64,000 bases of DNA, taken from the NCBI RefSeq assembly GCF_963676685.1, contig NC_092349.1, positions 55,738,001 to 55,802,000 of the forward strand. The letters are read 5' to 3'. A program made the translations under genes and the position numbers. This stretch comes from Mytilus edulis (taxonomy: Eukaryota). The notes beneath the pieces are model-generated. The model did not search any database. It was not told the origin of the DNA and saw only the letters and a program-made list of their open reading frames with translations. Shown here in pieces: positions 26,291 to 38,800 of the stretch. The first letter of the stretch is position 1. Each line of letters starts with the position of its first letter.

Positions 26291-26810
26291 TATACATGTA
26301 ATGTAATTAAAACTTAATTTACGTGTATTGATAGTAAATTCTTTGTATTCAAAGTGTCACATGCTATAATTACAAAATTGATACAACTTAAAAACAAAAA
26401 AATCAGTGATCAATTGATGAAAAATACAGGTTTGTGTAAAATGAATGATTATAGGACAAATGAGTTGAATTAGTGTATTTCAAAAGCAATTGTGGATACA
26501 AAATTTGATCACCACAAAACGTAATATGGTCAATTGTGTGATAGGATCTAAACATGACTATAATTGTTTTCGCCATGCATTTTAACTGTCCATTTAGGCC
26601 GTATTACTTGAAAATCATCCGAAAAATTTCTGTTTATTTTTTCTTCTAATTTGTAATGCCATACCTGTATTATACAAAATGTACAAAGATTGAACTTTAA
26701 GCCTTAAAGCGTATTTAGACCAAAGTACAGTTCAAATTGTCTTATCAGAGATATAACAAAGAAGTTCTCGGGTTAACTTTGATAAAACAAAATCTCTAAA
26801 ACATACATAC

Positions 26811-27246
26811 CACGTCCACTTGTATTTTTGTCCATCTGATGAGTTAAGCCTTTTTCAACTGATTTTTATAGTTCGTTCTTATGTTGTACTGTTATACCAC
26901 TGTCCCAGGTTAGGTGGAGGGTTGGGATCCCGCTAACATGTTTAACCCCGCCACATTATTTATGTATGTGCCTGTCTCAAGTCAGTAGCCTGTAATACAG
27001 TGGTTGTCGTTTGTTTATGTGTTACATATTTGTTTTTCGTTCATTTTTTTTTACATAAATAAGGCCGTTAGTTTTCTCGTTTGAATTGTTTTACATTGTC
27101 TTATCGGGGCCTTTTATAGCTGACTATGCGGTATGGGCTTTGTTGAAGGCCGTACGGTGGTCTATAGTTGTTAATGTCTGTGTCATTTTGGTCTTTTGTG
27201 GATAGTTGTCTCATTGACAATCATACCACATCTTCTTTTTTATATA
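26811..27246 (+). mobile_element. SINE-like dispersed repeat with Nin/Deu-like core, family B copy 1
   Basis: Near-identical to 33548-33990; partial relatives at ~5485-5700(-), ~14060-14290, ~17990-18250(-), ~23140-23460(-), ~43680-43860(-), ~52420-52580(-). Confidence 0.8.
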
Positions 27247-27607
27247 CTAAAAGACGTTTATAGTTAACCGTGATATTTGATAACGAACAGCAACCATTAC
27301 AAATTATAAAATTGATAAATGTATGGACACACATAAACTGTGTAAAAATAAACCAACAGAGGACAAACCTATCTAAATCAAATATATCAGTTAGACAAGG
27401 AAATAATCTTAGTCCCTATCTCTTAGCTTCTATCTAAATGATTTGCCAACCTATTTTGACAAAACAGGACATGTGACCCAAGCCCATTCAGCACACATCC
27501 AAAACATATTGTATTGTAAGCTGATGATGTAGTTCTTTTATCATCACCAGAAAAGAGCAAGATTCTTGTATTAAACCAACCAGGACGACATTTAAAAATA
27601 TTAAAAT

Positions 27608-27905
27608 ATCCGTACACAGCAACTTTACTACAAGTAATCTTAGTGTACAGTTCTAAAGCTGTATATAAACTGTACATCTGTAAAGCTATATAAATTGTAC
27701 AGCTCCAAAGCTGTAAATAAACTGTACAGCTGTTTAGCTGTATATAAACTGTAAAACTATATATAAACTATGCTTTTTAAAGTTGTATATAAACTGCAAC
27801 TCTGTAGAAATGTACATTAACTGTACATTTTTAAATCTGTGTTTAAGCTATACATATAGCTATAGATTATACCACTACACTTTGTTTGATATGATATCTA
27901 TCAAC
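27608..27905. mobile_element. MITE fragment (left half) built from ~28-bp subrepeats
   Basis: gctgtatataaactgtacatctgtaaa units; start tacacagc...tacaagtaatcttagtgtacagttctaaag is the inverse of the end of 58730-59077. Confidence 0.6.
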
Positions 27906-28466
27906 ATTTTATATATATTGTCCATTCCTTAATTTATATATCATAGTGTTACAACAGAAACCTTTACAAAGTTAGTTACGAGAAAAGGGATAATTTTTCT
28001 TTCCTTATAGTTGATTTTCTTTGTTGTTTGTTTAGGACGATGATATCATTTTAATACCGTAATCATATCCTTAATTTTACGGTGATGTGATTAACAGAGT
28101 CCGCAAATTTAGAAAAAAACTAGAAGTAAACTTTACAATTCTTTAAATAAACTTATACTAAACGGTTACCAATTCAACGCTGTAAACAAATCTTTGAATA
28201 CTCTTTTTATTGGTGTACATATTGATTTTGTAATCAGATAATTACAACCATACAAAAAATTACACATTTATACTGTCACAGTACTACATCTTTCGATATA
28301 TTTATTTTTGCATTGCACTGATCGATATTCACATACATGATGTTTTGATAAATTGTTATTGGCTTTGAACTTGCTGTCAGTAACTGCGAGTACGTTTAGA
28401 TCTGTACTTTGTCTCATTTTTGTTTTAAGGAAAGAGTGATGGTACATTGTATATACAATTGATGCC

Positions 28467-28971
28467 AACTCGGTTTTAAGTTATTAATCAAGTACTGTTC
28501 GTTTTAACAAGCGATACTCCTGTTCTTAATCGGAAACATATCTACAAAAAAAGAAAAAGAATGATAAAAATTTAACGCATTATTGGTCGTTACCAAACTG
28601 ACGTCAAACCCTCCAAATTATAACCTTGGGCTAGACAATAAGTTTTTGGCATAATCAACCATAAGTAATTGCTCAATCACTTCATGTTTCAACTTAGTCT
28701 TGTTGGTGAACAATAATTTACTCAACCATTAAATGAACTCGGTTTTAAATAACTAATCGAGCAATACTACAGCTCTCACTCGGAATAAATCTTCAAAAGA
28801 AATAATACGTATTTAACGCATTGCTGGCCTTTACCAAATTGACGTTAAACCATCCGCATTATAACCTTGGACTAGACAATTAGTCTTTGACATAATCAAT
28901 CAAAAGTAATAGCTCATTTACTTCATATTCAAACTTAGTAAACAATAATTCAATCAAGCATTAAATGAACT
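28467..28971. repeat. Diverged tandem duplication, two ~240-270-bp units
   Basis: aactcggttttaa...tttaacgcatt...ttaccaaa.tgacgt.aaacc...ttataaccttgg...cattaaatgaact present twice (units start ~28467 and ~28736). Confidence 0.8.
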
Positions 28972-31801
28972 TCCTTTGATAATAAGCAATGATTAAAAGT
29001 CTAACCACTGCAGATAAAACATCTGTTTCATTTTATAATCGTAAAAAAAGACTCGTTCACCAAGCTGTTATATACTTACATAAAAATGTTCTTATCTTTG
29101 TTCTACTTTAACAATAATTCGCTATTAAAAAGTGCAGCATGCTATCCAAGTTGCTGAAAAAAAACCGGATTGTTGTTACGACATCAGGAGCATATCCGAT
29201 ACCATATGTACAAAGGATATTCCATAACGGTCATCCAACTCGTGATGGCGTCCGTAAAAATTACTAAGTGATTATTTCAACGTTACCATTTGAAACTCTT
29301 GGTTTAAAAATGTAAAGATCAAAAGGGGAAGCCGAAACATCTCTTTGGCGTAAAGTTTTGTTTTTAATATCTAGGTATATTTAAAGTCCTAATAAAATGG
29401 CAAAATCAAAAGCTAACATATCTAACACGAATGGATAACAACTGTCATATTCCTGACTTTGTACAGGCATTTTCTTACGTAGAAAATGGTGGATTGAACC
29501 TGGTTTTATAGCGCTAAACCTTTCACTTGTATGACAGTCGCATCAAATTCCATTATATTTACAACGATGCATGAACAAAACAGATATAATAGGTAAAACA
29601 GTTAAAATATGGATACAGCAGTCATCACTGTGTCACAATCTCAAAACCAACAAATATTTAACATAAAAGCACAAAACGTATCTATCAATTTAAAAACCGC
29701 ATGCATTGCTTCAGGTGTATGACGTCAAAAAATGTAAACGTCACATTGTAAAAATGTAAAAAAAAAATTGTCGTTCAAAGTATTTAAAAACATATATAAT
29801 TTCACATAGGGAACGGTAGTATACAGGGTTAAAATCACAGGTAAGTCCTTGTCAATCAAGATTGGAGTCGAGCGCACCAGCATCAAAACAAACTGATTGC
29901 AACTATTGAGAGATATTATTTTTTTTCAGAAAATTCGTAAAAACTTTAGAGATAACTGAAATTAAAAAAAACATGCATATTTTTCTCTTTTATTTACCTA
30001 ACTACAACAAAATGAATTCTTTCAAAATAGATAAATATTTTTTCAATGATAATTATATATATCTTGATATCATCAGATTTCTGATTACAAATGTTAGATT
30101 TTGCATTAAAAAACCTGATATATGTTGTTAAATCATTTTATTTTCGAATGATTGATCTTGAAAATTATAGAGTTGCCCAATCCTTTTGTTTGCAAATTAA
30201 CCAATCTATTATTTAGTTTGCAAAGAAGCACATAAAAAATCTACAATTTACGTCACGTCACGCCTATTCCAACTGTTTGAGGGCATTAATTTTTATCAAT
30301 CTAGAAGACAATTTGAAAAAATGAAATAAACAGCTAACTGATTTTAATGTTTAAAAATTTTGCATGACTTCAACATGTTCAATTAAGATATAAGGAACTG
30401 TCGATGTATTCCTTTAAATAAAAAAAATATAAAAAAATAAAAATAAAAACATATTTAAAATTTAATTCACCAACAGTTGGATAATCAGTTAGAATGCGGA
30501 AAACTTAGTAAAAATATACTAGCAACGAATTCAATTCAATGTAAACAAATAACTATAATAAACTGATATTCTGAATGCATTTCCAAATATTTATTCATTC
30601 TTACCTAATTATAAAGGTTATAAAAAAAAGGACGTGACATTTTTTATTCATTTATTCTCATTGACGGACATTTTGTTTTGTGTTATGTTATGTGTTAAAG
30701 TTAAAGGGCTCTTGTTTTATTCTTTTAAAGTAACCAATTAGAAATTTAAATCCACTTTGAGTGGTTATAAACATAAAGATAAAAAAAACTTAGATTAACT
30801 AGTGTGAGACCTTTAAGTTGTCAACTTTTACCTTTTCCTGCAGGTTAAAACGGTGACATATGATTGATTGAATTAAAAGTAATCAACAATGCCTGCTCTA
30901 TGTATAATTGCACTTGATAAATAACATTGATTGTCAGAACAACGAAAAAGGTCTGCCAATTGAAAGATTCAGGAGAACCTTAAAATTGAATACAAGTGTG
31001 AATTTTCAAATCTGCAACATTTCTAGCTCCTGTGACATTGTTAATAAAGATGTAAAGTTAATGGGATAACATAAGAGTTTCGCTACCCAGGAAGAGACCT
31101 GATCAAAGATTTCAACTTATAAATGAATGAGAAAATCCATAAATGACATCCATTGATCACATAAATGTTGTAGCAAGAGCCGCTTACTCGATCGATGCAC
31201 CCAGTTCCGCTCATGAGGATGATAAGGTTGTAACTAATTTTAAATTAATATGCTTTTGAATTCTTTGTCGTACATATATTTGGTTTGTAAGAATGATACA
31301 GACCTTTAGATGCAATGTTAATTATTGTCCATCAAATGTTCAATGTAGCTTTGAGGAGATGCCCTTTAAAACCTGCAGATTATGCAATTAAGACCGGGTC
31401 GTGTACATCAAAAGTAGGAACTAATAGTATCATCCGTTGTTTTTCTTATATTGTTGCGCATGTGTACAAAAATGGTGTAAGGTACTCGATTACTATAGAT
31501 TTGGATATCTAAAGGTCTTCAATACTTTTGAATTTACTTAAGTGGATTTTTGTTGATGTTAGGTTTATGCATGATGATTACACCAAGTAGACAGTTAGTC
31601 TCATTGTCTATGTAAAACTACGCAGACAGAACTAAACTCTGAAGACGCTGTGTTAGTCATCCAATATGACATACAGATACGTGGGATAAGTTCGGGTCAC
31701 TTTTGTGTATGTGTTTTTTAACACAACAAGTTTATGAATGATAGGTTCTGGTATTGGTGTGGCATATTTGATTAAATGTTTACTGCCAAACGTTTGATCT
31801 T

Positions 31802-31952
31802 TGTCCGTGATGATACTATGGCAAATTTGAATATATAATAGATTTATTAGTGTTATAGTGTAAATATGTGTCTTCCCCCTTCAGATGTCCGTGATGATAC
31901 TATGGCAAATTTGATTAAAAAATAGATTTCTCAGTGTAATAGTGTAAATATG
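31802..31952. repeat. Tandem duplication, ~84-bp period
   Basis: tgtccgtgatgatactatggcaaatttga...tagtgtaaatatg occurs twice. Confidence 0.85.
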
Positions 31953-32192
31953 ACTCCGTCACTTGAAGGTGTATTGCTTTGGCATGTTTGTAAATGGAAG
32001 TATTCAGTCATTTGCTTGTTGTTTTACTTTTAGAAAAGATCATTGTTTTTTGTACAGTCTGAAACAATGTGATATTTACCCGAAAACACTTATTGTGACT
32101 CATATTTCACATGGCCATATAGTTAGTGTAAAACGTCCTTCTGATGTCATATATGGCAATTAAAAATTGATCAGGACATCGAAGTAACATAA

Positions 32193-32422
32193 GGGGCCTC
32201 GGTGGCCGAGTGGTCTAAGTAGTTACTACTGTAAACACTAGCCAGTCAACACTGAGGTTGTGAGTTCGAACTCTGCTCGTGCGGGTGGACTCAACTCCAA
32301 TAATAATTCACTAGGATTGTCAGTTTTCCTATCGAAGGTCGATGGTTTTTTTTCGGGCACTCTAGCTGCCACGCAATAGCGGTGCTTCAAAGTGGCGTTA
32401 AAACATCAAAAATCAAAATCAA
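32193..32422 (+). mobile_element. tRNA-derived SINE with ~15-bp target-site duplication
   Basis: Box A tggccgagtgg, box B gagttcgaact, (aaatc)n tail; TSD atcgaagtaacataa (32178-32192) / atcgaagtaatatta (32423-32437). Confidence 0.85.
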
Positions 32423-32777
32423 ATCGAAGTAATATTATAACTGACATTTTATTTAGTTTAAGTGTCGAAATTACATCATTCCTTTTTTTTTATTTATTAT
32501 ATTCTAAAGGACTAAGAACTATGTGTGCTTACCTTTTCAAATGTAGACATTAAAACAAATAATTGGTTTAGATTATATGTCTTTTTGTTTTATTGATTGA
32601 TTGCAAATACTTCAAAAGGTTTTTTCAATGATATATGATTTTGTTCTATTTAAACGTTTTAACAATCCGACAACAGATTACTTTGATATCAAAATGATTG
32701 CAATTATCAGTTAATCAGGCATACCACTCCAATTCATTAATAATGTATTTTTGGTATTCATTATTGCGATTTAATGA

Positions 32778-32784
32778 TATAAAA
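32778..32784 (+). promoter_or_regulatory. Candidate TATA box of the Cys-rich protein gene
   Basis: TATAAAA(GG) 57 nt upstream of the ATG at 32835. Confidence 0.45.
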
Positions 32785-32834
32785 GGCATATGATGTATAT
32801 GAATGAATACTTTCTTTAAAGAGTACTACAGAAA

Positions 32835-32877
32835 ATGCATTTACTTGGAAGCTTTATGATTTCTTGTATATTTCACG
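32835..32877 (+). CDS. Cys-rich protein exon 1 (signal peptide MHLLGSFMISCIFH)
   Basis: AAAATG start context, 43 nt, phase-1 donor matches the next exon, TATA box about 55 nt upstream. Confidence 0.6.
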
Positions 32878-35800
32878 GTTGGTATTTTTAGTGTTAGGCA
32901 TTTTCACAGTGACGTTGAAATAAATTCCGTTTTCAATGAGACATTCAATTTTTTTTATATATGTCTATTATATAATTAATTCCATTGTAACTGTTTCATT
33001 TCAAAAGTTATTTTATTGTTCATATGATTATATTTTTTTACAAATGAGAATACAACTGAATATAATTTTTTTAAAAAGGAATGTATTTTTTTTGTCTTTG
33101 TATATTTTTCCTTAACTATTTATCAAGTGAATTTTTTATCCTTATTGTTAGATTATAACATAAAACAATTGTTTCAAATATCATGAATATGAATAGCTTG
33201 AATTTGTTCAGCAATCTGTCAAAAATATGTATTAGTCAATAGTAAACAATCTTCTTGAATTATTATTTTGCAGATCTATATGGTGCATTACTGACTTTGA
33301 ATGAAACATGTTATTTCCCGCCTGCCGTTTTCGCTTACTGTAGAAACAATAGTGCAGCGAATGGCGTTTACATTCCTCCATTCTATAATTTTTTTCCTTT
33401 TGATTCTCACATTTTATTTAGTACTTCTTATATCGCATTGTGTGAAACAAGGTAAGAACATTTTCTCTTTATTTGAAATTATTAGGGTCGTTTAGTTATT
33501 CATTCAGCTTGACTATCAATTAAGATAACCTTTTTCTGACGGCATATCCGGTCTACTTGTATTTGTGTCCATCTGATGATTTAAGCCTTTTTCAACTGAT
33601 TTTTATAGTTCGTTCTTATGTTGTACTGTTATACCACTGTCCCAGGTTAGGGGGAGGGTTGTGATCCCGCTAACATGTTTAACCCCGCCACATTAATTAT
33701 GTATGTGCCTGTCCCAAGTCAGGAGCCTGTAATTCAGTGGTTGTCGTTTGTTTATGTGTTACATATTTGTTTTTCGTTTATTTTTTTACATAAATAAGGC
33801 CGTTAGTTATCTCGTTTGAATTGTTTTACATTGTCTTATCGGGGCCTTTTATAGCTGACTATGCGGTATGGGCTTTGCTCATTGTTGAAGGCGTTACGGT
33901 GACCTATAGTTGTTAATATCTGTGTCATTTTGGCTTTTTGTGGATAGTTTTCTCATTGGCAATCATACCACATTTTTTTTTTTTTTATATTGGACGATAC
34001 TTTTTACTTCAAACGATAGCAAGACGGATTTATATAAGTTTTTCTTGTTTCCGAATCCCTGTATTTATATTGTATATTTATATTTCATGCACTTTTTGAA
34101 TAAATATTGTTTAAACTAAACGATAGCAATAATCTTATTCCTTATTTTTGATGAACGTTTGAAAAATACCTAAATCCTTTATTGCTTAAACAGTTGAATG
34201 ATTGCCCTTAACTTTACAACCACCAAATATAAATATTTTCGGGTTTGCATAACATTACCGTTCCTGATTCTTAAAATTAATTTTCCATAGTAATGCATAC
34301 ACAAATCAAAACTAAAAGTAGAAAAACGTTCAATCTTCAAAGATATATTAATGTTTTAACTTGACAAAAGTAATCATAGTTAATCGTAGTAAAATCAAAC
34401 ATGTAATCTGGTTCCATAAAACAATATTTGTACTGATACTTTTCTCCTTGAAGACCCTTAAAGATATCCTAACTGCATGGGAAATCTTTTAGAGGTTGAA
34501 CGATAGTATTTTCACTCCAATGAAGTCAGTGTATCTGAACAGTGTGATTGGACAAAATTTACAGTATCTGCTGAAAATACTTTCCCAAACTGAGGAATGA
34601 AAGTAATTCATTTACCTAAGTAAGTAGAATTTTGGGCAGAGTTATAAAGTGGTGGAAATTCTGAAAAAGGTTATCACCATTTCTGTGGGCCAGGAAATAC
34701 TACTGTGCTACCTTGAGCATTCTCTCTCCTGGTATGACTTCTCCAAAATAGAAGTAACGTAAAGCAAATTATTTCAGAATGTCACAGTTGTCATTTTTTA
34801 TTATAGTGATATACATGTGCAATAAGATATCTTATATAGTCAAAGAACAAATAACGGTACCAACTGATATTACATGTCACAACAATGTTCATTCAAAAAT
34901 AATTGTCTTTGTGGGAGTTTCCAATACTATGCATCCTTGCATTTTGAAATGTTAGAAGACAGTTTCGGAGAATCATCGTTAGCAAGCCTGTTATGCAGAT
35001 TTACAAATACCAGAGAGACTTCTCATCTTGTACAGATTTCAGTTTTCACTCAAAAGCATATAGATAATATATGGATATATTAGAGACGTCAATAAATGAG
35101 ATGCAAGTCAACATTCCAGCCGACCAACAGCACTGATAAAGTTGAAAGAGATATACATACACCAACAGCAAATATGGATGACAAGTTTAGTTTCTTTCTA
35201 TTCCAGTTGGTGCAGGTAGGAATAAGAAGTTTCATGTTTATATTATCATTGACAATGTATTATGTTTCTAATATAAATATCATGCATTTCCTTTTTAGAT
35301 TTTCATGCATATACATTTAAAGACCAAACACAAAAGTAAACATGTGTAAAGACTTCCTTCCATGCTTAGTGTTTTTCTTCTTATGCTTATTCTTAAACAG
35401 CAAGGGAATTGACATACGTAAATTATTGGCACCAGTTGCTCATTGCCATGCAAAGTGCCAACAATAGCACTTTTAGAAGGGAAGGTAAGCTCTTTAATGC
35501 CCAACATGCTAGATTTGTAAGGTATTTTATTTTTTTGGTATAAACAGTTGTTTTTTTATTTTACTTTCAATGTTATTTGTAATCCACTGGCTATTAGATA
35601 CAGAACTAGTTATATTTGTATACAAGGTTTTTATCCAATTTATGAAGGGTTTATTAAAACCAAAATATTCTAAAGTATGATACATAACATTCTATTGTAA
35701 TGTGTTGAAGGTGTCAGACCACCAATTAAAAATCCCTATCTGTTGAACCAAATTTTGCAATTTTCACAGCTTTCTAAATATTTTACCTTAAGTTTAACTT

Positions 35801-38800
35801 CATAGAAACCAGGTATATCCTTAATTGTACATGTATCAGCTTTCTACATGCCAATTTTCACCATACCTTTAAAGCCTTCTAACAAAATAACTGACCATCA
35901 AACAGAGGTACTCCAAAACAAAAACCTGGTTTTCTGGAAATCTAAAATTAGTATACTATGGAGCGCATTAATCCTCAATTTTTAATGCAAACTCATAGAC
36001 AAGTAAATTTTGACTCAAAATGATCTAGATATATTTCTCTTTCACCAAAAGTTTCTTTTCTGCAAAGAGTGAATGAGATTGTCTTCATCATCTCCATCTT
36101 TTAATTCAGGTTGTTCATCAGTATCCTCTATTTCGTCATTTTCTGTAAGAACTTCAGTTTGTTGTTTTCTTCATGTTTTGTATTTTCGTCATCATTAACT
36201 GTTGTTGTTTCTTGTTGCTCTTCTCCTTCTGTTTCAGTATGTTTTTCCATGTTCTTTTTCACAAATGAAGGGCATTCAATTATCTTGATTATGGACATAT
36301 TCATTGCTTAGTTCGTATTTCCATTCATTTGAACAGTTATTTATATTTATTTATATCATGTCTTTTCAGTTAGTATTTATTGCACAAGCAAATGTCTGTA
36401 TCTTTCAATTGAGCAAAGTGATATATTCTTGCTGTGTATTTACTGATTGTAAAAAACCTTGGAAGTGGTTTGTCAACTTTTTTGCATGAGACTATTTTGT
36501 CTCCTGCCCAGCAGTGGGTAACCATATTGTCAACCCTGAGTCTTTCTCTGTTTTAAGACAAAACACATCATTCTATGATTTTGTCTGAATTCTATGTCAA
36601 TTGACCATCATCTGCTGATAGTGTGATGTTTTTAACTCTTACTGTTGTTGTTAACCACTCATCTTTTTGGTAATATGGGATCTGGGAATACAGAGGTACC
36701 GACTTGTTTCTTATTAATGTGATACCTCCTGTTAGCAACATCATTCTGTCTTCCTCACTGTCTAGATAGATTTTCCACATTTGTTTTATTCTTTGTACAT
36801 GTTGTATGCCTCTTACAAACTGTGGTTTGATCTTATGTCCAAGTGCTTGTATATTTCTACTTGTGTTATCCAAAGTTCTTTTGACGGAGTTTTGTTGCCA
36901 AAGAAGTCTGATTCTTTAATGAAGATAGGTTTGACTCCTTTAAGCTTTGGTTCAGGATCACTGTAGGCCTGATAATTTAAGTCAGTTAAAAATGTACACG
37001 TATACCTCATAAATTGTTTTTAGTTTCATTATCTTATATTACTGTATAATATATATTTCATTTCTACAGGGAAGTTGAAACAAAAATCTGATGTCAATTG
37101 ATGAATAAACAAATTAAAAAAAGAAATGAATTCATTTATTTGTAACTTGTACAATAAATGAATCTTTATGTCATTGTTGAAAACGATCTCCATTGTAAAA
37201 AAATGTCAGTCTTCAAATACCAAAATGAGTCTTTCCAGAAATACGTTTGAAAATCTTCTATGATTAAGAAAAAAAAACTTTTACACAATAGTACTTTAGG
37301 AATACATTTTCACTTTTCTGCTTAGAAAACTGATGGTTAATCTTGAAAACTCAGAAACATAAAAATCATGCTCAGCCAGTCTTCATTTTATGCAAATTGT
37401 CGAAAAATCTAATCTTCCTGAATTTATTAATCTTTCTATTATATATAGAAATTGGAATGCTTATATTCAGGCTAGTTTCGATTTTCTTCCCAATCATATT
37501 TTAATGCCTCAAAATGCCGAGCAAGATTGTTTTCGTTGACAGTTCTGAAAGTTAATTGTGACCAAACTCACAAAATTGCCAATTTCTAAACATAATTAAG
37601 GTGAAAATTAACACTATAAACATTGATAAAGAACTGTTTGTAATTTACTTTCATTCAATACACCAAATATAGAAATTGGTAATTGGTTTCTGAGATACTG
37701 GCCAAACTGAGGAACTTTTGACTAGTAACTAAAGTGCTCAATATATTGTTCTCTTCTAATGAATATTTAATGAGACTTTTGAATTGGTCTACATTAAGGT
37801 CACACTGATCTAAAATAATTCTGTGTTCGATTTCTTCGAACCATTGAATTATTATTGGTTAATCTAATTTTGTATTTCGATTTTGGATTTTGACCCGTAT
37901 TTTTTTTTTATTTGTCTATATCAAGGCCCAAAAGGTTCAAAATTAAAGTACTAAATATATGTATTTTTGGATATGCCAAATATAACTGCAAAGAAAAATC
38001 CTGGATTTTGTGCCCTGTTTTTAAATTGGTCAACGTTGAGGCCCAAAAGATCGAAAATCAAACTGTTAAATTTCATCAAGAATTAAATTATTTGGATTCT
38101 TCGATCTGCCGAATCTAACTGTGTGTTTCGATTTTATATTGGGCTTGAATAAAATTTTGATCTGCACTAAGGTCCTTAGGATCCAAAATGAAACTTACTT
38201 TGGTTTAACAAAATTTAAATTTTTGAGGTTCTTTGATATGCTGAAACTAAACAAAAACTTAGATTTTTCATTTTTGGCCCAGTTTTCAAGTGTGGTCAAA
38301 TAAAAGTCCTAACCTTGTATTTAGCTTTTGAATTTTGCACCCCGTTATCAATTTATTAAATTACTGTAGAATAAACAACTAGAATTTATTCGGAAAATTA
38401 AACTGTAAGTTGAATGTGATCTCCTGTTTCAGTGACCTAGCTATATTACATTCAACTTGTCCATCTGTCTGCTTATAGGACAAATATTTATTTCACACTT
38501 TCCCCAGATAATATTGGACTGTTTTAAACAGACTTAAACTTAAAAGTTTGTCTGCAGCTCCAGAGTGATGAGGTATTACTTTTTTTTTATTTGTCTTACA
38601 ACCACCTTTTTTTGTATAATAAAATCAATGAAACTTCTTGTTCAAATTTATCACAGTCTTCATCCAAATCTATTACAATTACTGGTCATAATATCAATAG
38701 TTGGTGGTTCTTATGTGCTCAAACACACTTTTGCAAATACTTACTTGTCGGAATATAATTTTCCTGGTCAGAAGCAGCAGACTGTTATTGTTTCTTAGTT

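Noticed and set aside
26836-26860. ctgatgag as another hammerhead core
   Set aside because: No stem II followed by GAAA; part of the SINE-like repeat.
30844-31226. Possible upstream or UTR exon (ttcctgcag acceptor; short ORF MTSIDHINVV...)
   Set aside because: No recognisable product, weak donor and no phase link to downstream exons.
32193-32285. tRNA gene
   Set aside because: Has A and B boxes but no convincing cloverleaf, and continues into a SINE body, tail and TSD.
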